Of a DNA stretch of 64,000 nucleotides, positions 1 to 9,252 are shown in pieces. Numbering within the stretch: position 1 is the first letter of the stretch; each line of letters opens with the position of its first letter. A program made the position numbers and the translations under genes. The notes beneath the pieces were generated by a model that made no database searches, was not told where the DNA came from, and worked only from the letters and a program-made list of their open reading frames with translations. Source of the DNA: a virus. Where the stretch lies: positions 1-64,000 of the IMG/VR virus record IMGVR_UViG_3300028786_000006; one strand, written 5' to 3'.

Positions 1-14
1 ACAGAGATAGATTT

Positions 15-122
15 GTGAAAGAGTATTTCCAGAAACGCCCGGCCCTTGTTGATGACTTGATAATGGTCGGGATGGTCGCCATTCTGGTCTTTGCGTATTG
101 TTTCCGACACCGGCTTGCGTAA
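15..122 (+). CDS. small membrane peptide (35 aa)
   Basis: GTG-start ORF read by hand, MKEYFQKRPALVDDLIMVGMVAILVFAYCFRHRLA; one hydrophobic segment; weak SD. Confidence 0.4.
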   Translation: MKEYFQKRPALVDDLIMVGMVAILVFAYCFRHRLA

Positions 123-143
123 TCATCGACCCAGGCCTACCCT
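115..143 (+). promoter_or_regulatory. sigma70-type promoter
   Basis: TTGCGT-17-TACCCT upstream of ORF at 181. Confidence 0.45.
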
Positions 144-180
144 TTAACGACTGAACCCACCGACACATTGAGGTGTAACT

Positions 181-306
181 ATGAGCAGCATGGAAACTTG
201 CAACCCTGGACCAAAGTCCCACGACACTTCCGGCGTTGCCGGCTTCATCAACATCTGCGTGCTGTTCGCGCTTGCCGTAATGATGTCCTCAGCGTTACCG
301 ATTTGA
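181..306 (+). CDS. small membrane protein (41 aa)
   Basis: GAGGTG SD then ATG; C-terminal hydrophobic stretch FINICVLFALAVMMSSALPI; followed by terminator. Confidence 0.6.
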   Translation: MSSMETCNPGPKSHDTSGVAGFINICVLFALAVMMSSALPI

Positions 307-310
307 GACC

Positions 311-356
311 AAAAGAAAGGCCCCCATGGTTTGCACCGTGGGGGCCTTTCTCGTTT
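311..356. terminator. bidirectional intrinsic terminator (GCAA loop on - strand)
   Basis: GAAAGGCCCCCATGGT-TTGC-ACCGTGGGGGCCTTTC between convergent ORFs. Confidence 0.8.
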
Positions 357-365
357 CGGGATTCG

Positions 366-599
366 TTACGCAGGGACGCCCTGGTGGAGCCGTTCGCCGC
401 GCATCTGGCTAACCAGAAGGCTGACGAGGATGTCTTTCGCCCGGTTGGCTTCATATAGGGTTGGAATGACACCGTGGAACTGGCGGGTGATGTCTGGGTA
501 GACTTTGTGATCGACTCGAACCCGGAATTGCCCGGCCTTGTCTTTACGCATGTCGGTACGCAGGTGCTGGATGGTCAACAGCTTCGGGTCATGTTGCAT
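366..599 (-). CDS. hypothetical early protein
   Basis: CACTGAGGA SD; upstream TTTACT-17-TATACT promoter on - strand (~634-662). Confidence 0.65.
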   Translation of the reverse strand: MQHDPKLLTIQHLRTDMRKDKAGQFRVRVDHKVYPDITRQFHGVIPTLYEANRAKDILVSLLVSQMRGERLHQGVPA

Positions 600-695
600 A
601 GTGCATCCTCAGTGGTGCTTGATTTAGATCGCCAGTATACCTTTTGGCTTTGACCTAGTAAACTGGGTTGAACTACACCAGCCGGGACTTGAATT

Positions 696-956
696 ATGGA
701 AATCAGACAGATCAAGCGGGTCGGGGCTACGCCTGAGACCAAACAAGAGCGCCGCCAGGCAACCGCCGGGATGGTCAAATGCCGGTGCGGGAACGTCCTG
801 GGCCTTGATCGCCAGCGTATCGGTTACCACCGCTGTCGCGGGTGCGTGCCTGATGAAAACCTCCCGGAAGGTATCGACCAGAACCCAACACCAGAACAGC
901 CATCTTTTGGTGAGATGCTGAAGGAAAGGATGGTCGCCCTTGCCCGCCGCCCTTGA
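696..956 (+). CDS. hypothetical protein, CxC/CxxC motifs
   Basis: ORF in early cluster; KCRCG...RCRGC. Confidence 0.5.
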   Translation: MEIRQIKRVGATPETKQERRQATAGMVKCRCGNVLGLDRQRIGYHRCRGCVPDENLPEGIDQNPTPEQPSFGEMLKERMVALARRP

Positions 957-1028
957 CATCCTGGGCTTTACTTGCGCGATCGGGCTGTATACCCTACTGC
1001 TGACAATTTCATTCAACGGAAATCAACA

Positions 1029-1571
1029 ATGAACCTCTCCTCCCTGCTCGCCAACGTAGGCGACTCCAATGTCAAAGTCGAATGGCTGCTAAGCGGCCTG
1101 AAAAAGTTCAACAAGACCAAGCATGGCAGCGTGTTGTCCCTGGCAACCTCCATCCCCTACCCCGACATCCGCGACCGCAAGCAAGTCGGTGTGTTGGTCT
1201 GGTTCTTCAAGGACGAGCTGGACTCTGCGATGGCGGCCAAGCCGCCGACCCACGCTGAAGAGGTCGACCGTATCCTCGGGGTGTTGGCTGCCAAGTGGGC
1301 ACTGATTACCGACGACCAGCGGGCCGAAATTCTAAACAACGGCGGCCGGGCGGCCTTGCGCGGGATGTTGGACGACCCCACCGAAGAAATTAGCTGGACA
1401 GACAATCTCACCCTCACCGCACCGGATTATTTCGCCAATGGTGACGGCGACATTGAAGTCGAATATCGGAACGGAGATCGGGAAACCATCCTCGTCACCA
1501 TGGACCGCTCTTGCCTATATTGGCATCATACGACAGAAGACTTCGACGTCGTGCGTTGGAGAAAGTTATGA
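1029..1571 (+). CDS. hypothetical protein
   Basis: ATG at 1029 after ACGGA; upstream TTTACT-17-TACCCT. Confidence 0.7.
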   Translation: MNLSSLLANVGDSNVKVEWLLSGLKKFNKTKHGSVLSLATSIPYPDIRDRKQVGVLVWFFKDELDSAMAAKPPTHAEEVDRILGVLAAKWALITDDQRAEILNNGGRAALRGMLDDPTEEISWTDNLTLTAPDYFANGDGDIEVEYRNGDRETILVTMDRSCLYWHHTTEDFDVVRWRKL

Positions 1572-1810
1572 ACCGTACCCCTGAAGAACAAGCCGAACTG
1601 GAAATCATCGAGGGGATCGAAAAGGACTGGTATCTCACCGTGGTCACCTCGAACCGGGACGAGTCTGAATTCACCTACTTCTTCGGTCGGCGGGACATGT
1701 CTGATGGCTTACGCCCAACCAAGGTGCAAGTCAAGGCGTCTGAACCAAACCGCGCCCGAGCCGCCTGGTTAGCCCTGGGTCAAAGTTTGACCGAACCTAA
1801 AAAAGTTTGA
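1568..1810 (+). CDS. hypothetical protein
   Basis: ATGA overlap with the previous stop. Confidence 0.6.
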   Translation: MNRTPEEQAELEIIEGIEKDWYLTVVTSNRDESEFTYFFGRRDMSDGLRPTKVQVKASEPNRARAAWLALGQSLTEPKKV

Positions 1811-1892
1811 TTCAGGTTGCGCCACGGGGTGTCAGCGCTTATACTGGCACCTTGAATACCAACTCTTATTTGAACCACTGAGGTCCAAACCC

Positions 1893-2132
1893 ATGAATTT
1901 ACAAGCCCATGCAGCCCCTGCCGTCGTCGGTTTCCGAATCAACTTCGAAGAACTGGTTCCCTCAAAGGTAGACCGCAGCGGTAAGGTGATCGGTCATATA
2001 TGGCACCCGGCTGCTACCCTCATGGTGTTTGGTGACCGCCGCTTGGTTGACCTGGCAAACCTCCTCCCCAACCCGGCGAGCTTCCACATTCGCAACGTCC
2101 GGGTCCAAAAAGAAACCATCCACGCGGTGTAA
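1893..2132 (+). CDS. hypothetical early protein
   Basis: TTGCGC-17-TATACT promoter; CACTGAGG SD. Confidence 0.7.
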   Translation: MNLQAHAAPAVVGFRINFEELVPSKVDRSGKVIGHIWHPAATLMVFGDRRLVDLANLLPNPASFHIRNVRVQKETIHAV

Positions 2133-2134
2133 CC

Positions 2135-2362
2135 ATGAGTATTGAACTGCTCCCTCCCGACCCGGTGTACCCGGCCGGCTACCATGTCCGCCCAAACTAT
2201 TGTCGGTGTCACCCGGAAACCTGCTGCTGTTCGAATTACGCAGTACACGACAAGGCTGGCGCCAAGGTAACGACGGATGATGACCGCAGCCACCTGGAAA
2301 CCGTTGCGAAACATTTGAACGAACACCCTGAGTCAATCAAGCTTTACAAGACGTTGCGCTGA
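2135..2362 (+). CDS. hypothetical protein with CRCHPETCCC metal-binding motif
   Basis: 2 nt after previous stop; Cys/His cluster. Confidence 0.65.
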   Translation: MSIELLPPDPVYPAGYHVRPNYCRCHPETCCCSNYAVHDKAGAKVTTDDDRSHLETVAKHLNEHPESIKLYKTLR

Positions 2363-2398
2363 TTTCCCCTACGCGGTTATACTCCGACCGCTACCTTC

Positions 2399-2430
2399 GC
2401 CCCCTGCCGCAAGGTACGGGGGCTTTTCTT
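2399..2430 (+). terminator. intrinsic terminator
   Basis: GCCCCCTGCC-GCAA-GGTACGGGGGC plus T tract. Confidence 0.7.
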
Positions 2431-2510
2431 TGTCCGGGAGAAGCCATGTAGTCCCCGAGCAACGGATGTTGGTCAGCTTCAAATTAGAATAACCCATACG
2501 AGGATACATC

Positions 2511-2768
2511 ATGCACACGATCGTATTGACCGAAGCCCAAGGCGCCGTCGACGAATCCGGAACCCTGATTCTGACTGACGGCCGCGAATCCCGATGCTTC
2601 ACCATTGTCGAGGATTCGGATACCGCCCTGGTCGCGGGACAGAATATCGTTACCATCACCCAACGGTGTAAGCATAACGAAGCCATGATCTGCGTTGAAC
2701 TACCGGGCGTCGCCCATAAGTCCCACGCCGCAATGCGCTACGCGTATGGGTTATTTCCTGCGAAATAA
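2511..2768 (+). CDS. hypothetical protein
   Basis: GAGGA SD, ATG. Confidence 0.65.
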   Translation: MHTIVLTEAQGAVDESGTLILTDGRESRCFTIVEDSDTALVAGQNIVTITQRCKHNEAMICVELPGVAHKSHAAMRYAYGLFPAK

Positions 2769-2771
2769 AAG

Positions 2772-2813
2772 TTGAGCTTTGGGGTTTACGGACCCCAAAG
2801 CTCAAAGTATACT
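2772..2813 (+). promoter_or_regulatory. early promoter with -35 inside a 14-bp perfect inverted repeat
   Basis: TTTACG(2785)-17-TATACT(2808); arms 2772-2785 and 2792-2805. Confidence 0.8.
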
Positions 2814-2847
2814 GGGGCCTCAACCGAACGCTCACTAAGGAGCACGA

Positions 2848-3282
2848 ATGAAGAATCGCGCAGTTTTAACCGCCGTTGCCAGCCCTACCCCGGAACAGCC
2901 GGGCCGGATTATGTTCCGGGCGACCATCTTGGGGTTCTACCACTACCAGAACGAACTAACCGAAAGTCCACAGCGGATTGCCGGGCGCGAAGAATTCTCA
3001 ACTTCCGACGATGCGTATGGGTGGGCAATCGACCAAGGCGTCCCGCCATTATTGATCGAAAACCGGGTATCCGAATCCCTCGACCTACTGCTCGCCAACG
3101 CCCCTATAGCCGGGCCGCTTACCCTGGCCCCATCGGGCTCTATCCGTGGCGACAACAACCATCTGGTGGGGTTCTATGACCGCAGCACCGGCATGGTGTT
3201 TATCGACGGCCTACCTAACGAGATACGGGCAACCGACGACGCTCATGCGATGGAAATCGTGAAGGCGTACTACAAAGAGTAA
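2848..3282 (+). CDS. hypothetical early protein
   Basis: TAAGGAG SD; own promoter. Confidence 0.75.
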   Translation: MKNRAVLTAVASPTPEQPGRIMFRATILGFYHYQNELTESPQRIAGREEFSTSDDAYGWAIDQGVPPLLIENRVSESLDLLLANAPIAGPLTLAPSGSIRGDNNHLVGFYDRSTGMVFIDGLPNEIRATDDAHAMEIVKAYYKE

Positions 3283-3288
3283 TCTTTT

Positions 3289-3329
3289 TGAACTTGGGGG
3301 TTTACAAGCCCTCAAGTTCAGACTACAAT
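3289..3329 (+). promoter_or_regulatory. early promoter with -35 inside an inverted repeat
   Basis: TTTACA(3301)-17-TACAAT(3324); arms 3289-3301 and 3308-3320. Confidence 0.8.
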
Positions 3330-3365
3330 GTACCGACCAACCAAAGCTCACTAAGGAGCAACACC

Positions 3366-3818
3366 ATGAACACTATCGTATCCCACGCTGCCCCAACCGA
3401 AGCCGGCCAAACGCACCAGGCCTGGTACGTCCACATGGAAGGCAAAAGTGTCTCCCAGTATTTCGAATACATGGACCGCCGCCTCGGTGACCTGGCTCTG
3501 TCCACCCTGCTGTTGACCAAAACCCCGTACAACCCGCAAGCCCTGGAAATTACCGGCCTGGGTTACAGCGACATTACCATCGTGTTCGACGACGAAATCC
3601 ATGCCCGTGCGATGGTTGAAACGCTGGCCCGGATCCTGCCCCCGGCAAGTGCTGCGTGGCAGCACGATGTTGACCAGGTCAACGTTTACGCCATGCTCCA
3701 CGATGAAGTCGCCGAAGACGACGGCCAGGGTAACCTGTTCTGGGTTGCAACCGAACCCGCCAGCGGTGACGACATCATTATCACACCAACCAACCTCGGC
3801 CCGAAAGGTATCCGCTGA
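3366..3818 (+). CDS. hypothetical early protein, paralogue of 14005..14457 and 14501..14887
   Basis: TAAGGAG SD; motif ALEITGLGYSDITIVFDD shared with paralogue. Confidence 0.75.
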   Translation: MNTIVSHAAPTEAGQTHQAWYVHMEGKSVSQYFEYMDRRLGDLALSTLLLTKTPYNPQALEITGLGYSDITIVFDDEIHARAMVETLARILPPASAAWQHDVDQVNVYAMLHDEVAEDDGQGNLFWVATEPASGDDIIITPTNLGPKGIR

Positions 3819-4006
3819 TGTCCCACGAAGAACCCATTTTCGAAGATGGAACCCAATTCACTTTCAGGGGCGCCCGCTTTACCCTGGTTCGCTGGTACGG
3901 ACCTCCAACTGACCTAGAGTCCGTCTACCACTGTACCGACGCCAAGGGTGAGGAATGCACCTTCCTCCCCGAGGACGAGCCAGAGATGCTCCCTCTGCCG
4001 GCCTAA
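3818..4006 (+). CDS. hypothetical protein
   Basis: TGATG coupling to previous gene. Confidence 0.6.
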   Translation: MSHEEPIFEDGTQFTFRGARFTLVRWYGPPTDLESVYHCTDAKGEECTFLPEDEPEMLPLPA

Positions 4007-4020
4007 ACGCCAGGCAAAAG

Positions 4021-4054
4021 AAAACCCCCGAGGCTTGCGCCAAGGGGGTTTTTT
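4021..4054. terminator. bidirectional terminator
   Basis: AAAACCCCCGAGGC-TTGC-GCCAAGGGGGTTTTTT between convergent genes. Confidence 0.8.
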
Positions 4055-4057
4055 CGT

Positions 4058-5983
4058 TCAACCGAAAGTAAACATGCCGCCGGTTGTGCCCTGGTCTGGG
4101 TTGGTGGTGCTAATCTTCGGCGCGCTGACGCTGGTGTTGTTGCTGACGTTGGTGTTGTTGTTCTGTTGAACCACAGCCCCGGCCGCCGATTTGGCCTTCT
4201 CCTCTTCCTTCTTCGCCTTCTCCTCCTTGATATTATCCGCCGTCTTCTCGTATGTCTTCGGGAAGTTGGCCTGGTCTTTCTTGATTTGGAGGTCGGTCTT
4301 CTGCTTGATGATGTTGTTCATCGCGTCTGTACGGGCAAACTCCGGTAACATTTCGACCAACGAACCGATGCCATTGACAAGCAGATCCTGGATGGAGTCC
4401 TTGACGAAGCTGAACATGTCCTCAACCTTCTTCTTGAACCCCAGCTTGACATCGGTCATGAACTCGCCGACGTCGAAGTCGGACACCGCCTGGAACAGAT
4501 CAGAGAACATCTTCTTCTTACCGTCGAAGAACTCGCTAATGAGACCGACGGAGCTAACCCCGAACGAGACGATTTGCTTCACCCCGTTGGTGATGAAGTC
4601 GGCCACCGCGTTGTAGAACCCCGACATGTAGTTGTTGTACAGGGTAGCCAAGCCCTTCTCCACCATCCCAGCGAGGTTGGTGTCGAACCCGAACAACCCG
4701 GCAACCGTGTCGGCGATGCCGGCGATGCCCTTCCATACCCCGATGAAGCCTGACATCACCTTGTCGATGACCGACGGGTTCTCCTTACCCAGGACACTCG
4801 CTGCGTTGCTGAACCCGTCGAAGAAGTCGAACGCGGTCATGATGATGGTGATGATACCAGAGGCCTTGCCAGCCACTTTCAGGAACTTACCGGCCGTCTT
4901 GAATATGCCACCGAACGACTCAAAGATCTTACCGAACCCCTTACCACCCAGGCCTTTCGTGAGGAAACCTGGGACCCATTTCCCGACCATGTTCCCGACG
5001 GCTTCGCCTAGGATGTTCCCGATCATCCCACCGCTCTTACCGCCGTCGCCCTTACCGATTACTTTGGCGTCGTTGGCTGCTGGAAGGAGCTTGAAACGGC
5101 TCTCCTTGGCGTTCTCCAGACCCTGTAGCTTCGCAACCTGGGCATCCTGTTGTGCTTTAGCGGCCAGGCGGTTGGCTACCTTCTGGGCTTCTACACTCTT
5201 CTCCAGCTCGGCCTGTGAACCACCCAGGCGCTCGTAGATCTTGATCAGAACATCGAGCTGTTTCACTTGGGCGCTTTGGCCACCCTTGATGAACTTACCG
5301 TTCTCATCCCGGTCTGCCCCGCCGCCCTTGGAGTCGTTGGCTGGTGTCAGCTTACCTTCTTTCTCGTCCTTCAGCTTTTTCAGCTTCAGAGAGATTGCGT
5401 CTGCTTCCGACTTGACGTTGGCCAGGCGAGCACCGCGTTCGGCGTCGGCCTTGGCCTTGGCTTCCTTCATCATGCGCCCGGCGCTACCCACAACCTTCAA
5501 ACCCAGAGCGATCATCGGGTTGCTGGCGCTTGCCAGACTGACCAGGTTGTCGAGGGTTGGGAGCTTGGCAAGGAACCCGCCGTGCATATCGCCGGCCAGC
5601 TTGGATACCAGCCCAGAGGTTTCGACCGACTGGTTGATCAGCTTGTCGAAGATGTCCTCGAACTCTTTGACATGCGTGCCACCGCTGCCGTTGCTTGCCA
5701 GTTTCAGCTCGGTACGCAGCGACTTCAGATCCTTGAGGTTCTGGCGTTTAGCGACGGCGTTACCCTTGGCCTGGATATCGATGGAACGCATGAGGGTGGC
5801 CTCAATACGCTCGTTCAGTTCCTTGCCCTGGGCGTCACGTTGGGACTTGGCATCGCGCTCGAGGCGAGCAATTACGTTGGTCAGGCCAGAAGCTTCTGGT
5901 TGGATAACCGGGGCGGCCTGGGCTTGCGCCTGTGTCTGAGGCCGCCGAGGGGCCTGACGGGATGGTGGTTTCTGGCTCGCCAT
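4058..5983 (-). CDS. baseplate hub / tail length determinant (gp29-like tape measure)
   Basis: 641 aa helical, Gly-rich middle, Asn-rich C-terminus (VVQQNNNTNVSNN); last gene of the gp48-53-27 operon. Confidence 0.7.
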   Translation of the reverse strand: MASQKPPSRQAPRRPQTQAQAQAAPVIQPEASGLTNVIARLERDAKSQRDAQGKELNERIEATLMRSIDIQAKGNAVAKRQNLKDLKSLRTELKLASNGSGGTHVKEFEDIFDKLINQSVETSGLVSKLAGDMHGGFLAKLPTLDNLVSLASASNPMIALGLKVVGSAGRMMKEAKAKADAERGARLANVKSEADAISLKLKKLKDEKEGKLTPANDSKGGGADRDENGKFIKGGQSAQVKQLDVLIKIYERLGGSQAELEKSVEAQKVANRLAAKAQQDAQVAKLQGLENAKESRFKLLPAANDAKVIGKGDGGKSGGMIGNILGEAVGNMVGKWVPGFLTKGLGGKGFGKIFESFGGIFKTAGKFLKVAGKASGIITIIMTAFDFFDGFSNAASVLGKENPSVIDKVMSGFIGVWKGIAGIADTVAGLFGFDTNLAGMVEKGLATLYNNYMSGFYNAVADFITNGVKQIVSFGVSSVGLISEFFDGKKKMFSDLFQAVSDFDVGEFMTDVKLGFKKKVEDMFSFVKDSIQDLLVNGIGSLVEMLPEFARTDAMNNIIKQKTDLQIKKDQANFPKTYEKTADNIKEEKAKKEEEKAKSAAGAVVQQNNNTNVSNNTSVSAPKISTTNPDQGTTGGMFTFG

Positions 5984-5992
5984 GCGCGTACC

Positions 5993-7189
5993 TTATGACG
6001 TGATTGGTTGAGTACCGAAGCTGTCCTTGGAAAACTCCAGCGACATCTTGTATTGCTGCTTCGAAAAGGTCTGTTTCATCGCACTGACAATCCACGCACC
6101 CGAGAGGAGCTTGTCCTCTTTCAGCTGTTCACCGGCTTGCGGCTCGTGGGATGGGATCTTGAAGTCGATCTTGGAACCGTTGGTCAGCTCATCGTCGCCG
6201 GCTACCACGCAGAGGATCTTGGTGTTCCCAAGGAAGTGGCGACTCGAGTTGCGCTGGAAGACCGACACGTGGCTCATGTCCGGCTTTGTAAACGTGAACC
6301 CTACCTTAGATCGCTTCCCGGCCATGTCATCGAACGGCGTGTGTTTATCGATCTGTACCGCGTTGGGTTTGGCCGGGATGACGGTGGTGGTCTTGCTTCG
6401 AATGTCGAAGGTGACCAGGTCCTGCTCGAACATCCCATTCTGGTTCTGCTTCAGCTTGTCGTTTGACCGGCTGATTTCCATATGCTCGACGTTCAAGAAC
6501 TTCTTGACCATGTCGCGCCGGCCCTTGTCGTCGCGCTGATCGTTCGGTTCCGAGAAATACTCACGGACAGACGGTTGCGCATACAGGTAGGCCAGGGACT
6601 TGAAGTGATACCCGTCGACATCCTCCCAGAAGTAGAAGGGGCTCTGCTCACCGTCGGTTGCCCGGTCGGCCATGAACTTGGCAACCTTCAGGGGGCTCCA
6701 TTGCGGTGAGATAAAGCTCGATGTTCCGACCGAGGGTGAAGCATCGAGCTTCTTGGAAGAGCCCAGTAACGCGGGGATCTTCGAAATCATTTCTGTGTAT
6801 GATCCGGTGAAGGCCTGAGACACGCAGGTGTTGGCGTCGGCGTACTTCTCTGGGGTAACCAGGTGGACCCAATAGGCCAGGGTCTCCCCTTTCACCGGCT
6901 GGCGGTCACCCAGGCTGGATACCTTGAACAACAAGGTGCGATAGGAGCTGCGGCCGGCGGTGCGGTATCGAAGCTCGATCGTCTCTCCGCCCAGGATAGG
7001 CAGGTTCATCGGGAGGTTGTTGGCATCGGTCAACAAGACGCTGGCCGTCATGCTACCACTGCCCAGGGCGGTGTAGATGTTGAGCTCCTGAAACAGAAGC
7101 TTCAGGTCAACAACCGCCCCGCTGTGTGCTGTCAATTTCAACCCACCGAGGTCGTACTCGGTAGGCTGGACCATCTCGTTCGTGCTCAT
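5993..7189 (-). CDS. baseplate hub protein (gp27-like)
   Basis: LPILGGETIEL, FYFWEDVDGYHFKSL, LSGAWIVSAMKQ motifs; synteny. Confidence 0.75.
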   Translation of the reverse strand: MSTNEMVQPTEYDLGGLKLTAHSGAVVDLKLLFQELNIYTALGSGSMTASVLLTDANNLPMNLPILGGETIELRYRTAGRSSYRTLLFKVSSLGDRQPVKGETLAYWVHLVTPEKYADANTCVSQAFTGSYTEMISKIPALLGSSKKLDASPSVGTSSFISPQWSPLKVAKFMADRATDGEQSPFYFWEDVDGYHFKSLAYLYAQPSVREYFSEPNDQRDDKGRRDMVKKFLNVEHMEISRSNDKLKQNQNGMFEQDLVTFDIRSKTTTVIPAKPNAVQIDKHTPFDDMAGKRSKVGFTFTKPDMSHVSVFQRNSSRHFLGNTKILCVVAGDDELTNGSKIDFKIPSHEPQAGEQLKEDKLLSGAWIVSAMKQTFSKQQYKMSLEFSKDSFGTQPITS

Positions 7190-7725
7190 TCAGACATCAC
7201 CTTTTCAATCTCACGGCCGAAGGCGTCGATGTATACCGGATCAATCATGACGATCTTCCGCTTGGCATCGTTCACCATGGTCTCGTGGATTTCATTCGAA
7301 ATCGGAACCAGGGACATGTAGGTGGCAGCGTCTCGCATTGTCTCGAACCCATTGACGATCTTGACGCCACGCGGGTCGGTGATGTTACCCTCAAGGTCAA
7401 CCCAGTGGTGAACCTTGCCCCGGTCATTACCGTATTTCAGATCGATCAATGCCTCGAGTTCAACCGCGTTGAGTGGCCAACCTTCGTTCACGTCCATGAT
7501 GTTGTTGATCATCAGAACCAACCACCAGTAATCTGTGGTGTCGTACAGCCGGTATGATAGCACCTCCGGCCGCTCGTTGCCCTTGATTGTGTAGTCAAGG
7601 AGCAGCGTTTGATTGGTCCTGGCAGACTCGCTGATTGCAAAGCGGCGCGTAATGTTGCAGAGTAGCACCTTCTCGCCGGTGGGTAACTCATGCCACCGGG
7701 TGGGGAAATACTTGAAGTAAGACAT
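7186..7725 (-). CDS. gp53: baseplate wedge protein gp53
   Basis: YFKYFP start; ERPEVLSYRLY...YWWLVLMINNI.D..GWP. Confidence 0.9.
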   Translation of the reverse strand: MSYFKYFPTRWHELPTGEKVLLCNITRRFAISESARTNQTLLLDYTIKGNERPEVLSYRLYDTTDYWWLVLMINNIMDVNEGWPLNAVELEALIDLKYGNDRGKVHHWVDLEGNITDPRGVKIVNGFETMRDAATYMSLVPISNEIHETMVNDAKRKIVMIDPVYIDAFGREIEKVMSE

Positions 7726-7734
7726 GACCCTTCC

Positions 7735-8676
7735 TTAGAAACTGTTTTCGCTGTCTTCAAAGCGATTTTTGGTGAGCGTTTCCATCTCAGTGAACACCAA
7801 ATCGATGGTGATCTGAGTAGGGGCGTCGCTAGACAGAACCGAATATTCCCCTACCGCCGTATCGTTCACCGTCATGGTCGTCAGCGCGCAGGTACTGAAC
7901 CTGTGGAGCCACTTGTTGTGGTCGGCGCGGATCATGTAAGTGATGTCGAATGTCGATGGGTACAGGAAGTACGAACTACCCTCAGACTTGTACTTGTACT
8001 CCGGGTACATGTGGAACTTGAACCGGCGAATGATCTCGTGGATGACCCGGGACTCTTCCTCGTTGCGGGCGGCAAACTTGAACGTCATCGGGATTTCCCG
8101 GTTGTTCACGCCCTTGAAGAGTGTCTCTACGAAGGGGTTGGCAATCGTACCGGTGTACAGGTCAGCGGCATCCTTCGCGTTGAACCCAGTCAATCCCTGA
8201 ACCATACCAGTGATCGTGTTCTTCGCAGACTCGCCCAGGCGGTTACCCACGTCTTGCAGGGTGATCTGGTCATAGTTCTGGATGGCGTTCATCACGGCGG
8301 CGGCCGTACCCAACTCAGCACCCTGCCACTGCACGCCGTACGTGGAGATCACGTTCTCCGGCATCGGTAGCACCATGCTCTCGATCGTCCGCTTGTAGCT
8401 TGCGGACATCTTCACTTTCGAGCGGATGGAGGCGCTGCCCTCTGACTGGAACACCGGGGTCTCGCCATACGGGTTGGCCTGTTCGTTCTCGATCCTCTGG
8501 GTTGCTTTGGAGGTGAACGAAGAGCCTGTAATCTGGTTGATGTTGAAAAGGACGTAGTGGCCCTGGGTGGATGTAGGGTCGAGCAAGGCCAGAGGGTACA
8601 CCAACTGGGCCTGAGCGCTCGGGTCAGCTGTCTTATTCAGCTTCGCGTATTTCTGTTCTGTAGCGGTCTTGGCCAT
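7735..8676 (-). CDS. gp48: baseplate tail tube cap gp48
   Basis: LPMPEN, NPFVETLFKG, FKFAARNEEE, LVFTEMETLT. Confidence 0.85.
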   Translation of the reverse strand: MAKTATEQKYAKLNKTADPSAQAQLVYPLALLDPTSTQGHYVLFNINQITGSSFTSKATQRIENEQANPYGETPVFQSEGSASIRSKVKMSASYKRTIESMVLPMPENVISTYGVQWQGAELGTAAAVMNAIQNYDQITLQDVGNRLGESAKNTITGMVQGLTGFNAKDAADLYTGTIANPFVETLFKGVNNREIPMTFKFAARNEEESRVIHEIIRRFKFHMYPEYKYKSEGSSYFLYPSTFDITYMIRADHNKWLHRFSTCALTTMTVNDTAVGEYSVLSSDAPTQITIDLVFTEMETLTKNRFEDSENSF

Positions 8677-8693
8677 GTTGGCACCCGTCTAGA

Positions 8694-8713
8694 TAAGTCA
8701 CTGAAGCTATTTA
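8694..8713. promoter_or_regulatory. paired late promoters (TAAGTC on +, TAAATA on -)
   Basis: between divergent gp48 and gp4; resembles the core of T4 TATAAATA. Confidence 0.5.
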
Positions 8714-8726
8714 CTGGAGACCAGAT

Positions 8727-9191
8727 ATGGCTCGCAATTATGTACAGGGGTTTTTCGTCCCCTTGAACCCAACCAAGTACAAAGGCGATCGCAATCAGAT
8801 CGTGTTTCGGTCCAGCTGGGAGCGCGCCGCTTTCAACTTCTGTGACACTGAGAAGGCTATCATTAAGTGGGCGTCCGAAGAGGTGATTATCCCCTATAGT
8901 GATCCACTCACCGGCAAGCCCCGGCGGTACTTCACCGACCTGTGGATTCGCACACGGGCGCCTGATGGTACCACGGCAGACTTCATTGTCGAGATTAAGC
9001 CTCAGTCTCAGGTAGACGAACCGGTACGCGGGAAAGGCCCAAAGGCCGAGAAGCGACACCAGGAAGCGGTAGTGGAGTGGCTGACCAACCAGGCGAAATG
9101 GAAGTCGGCGAAGGCGTGGTGTGAGAAGAACGGGATGAAGTTCTTGATATGGACCGAGCACCACATCTTCCCCGGCCGCAAGGTCTGGTGA
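8727..9191 (+). CDS. gp4: head completion protein gp4 (TnsA-like nuclease fold)
   Basis: NPTKYKGD...FRSSWE, WASEE..IPY, VEIKP, NQAKW. Confidence 0.9.
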   Translation: MARNYVQGFFVPLNPTKYKGDRNQIVFRSSWERAAFNFCDTEKAIIKWASEEVIIPYSDPLTGKPRRYFTDLWIRTRAPDGTTADFIVEIKPQSQVDEPVRGKGPKAEKRHQEAVVEWLTNQAKWKSAKAWCEKNGMKFLIWTEHHIFPGRKVW

Positions 9192-9252
9192 TACGTTTGG
9201 GTGGAGGTTGAGACAAGACCTCAGAGGCGGCACTGGAGGAGATCCAGGGACC

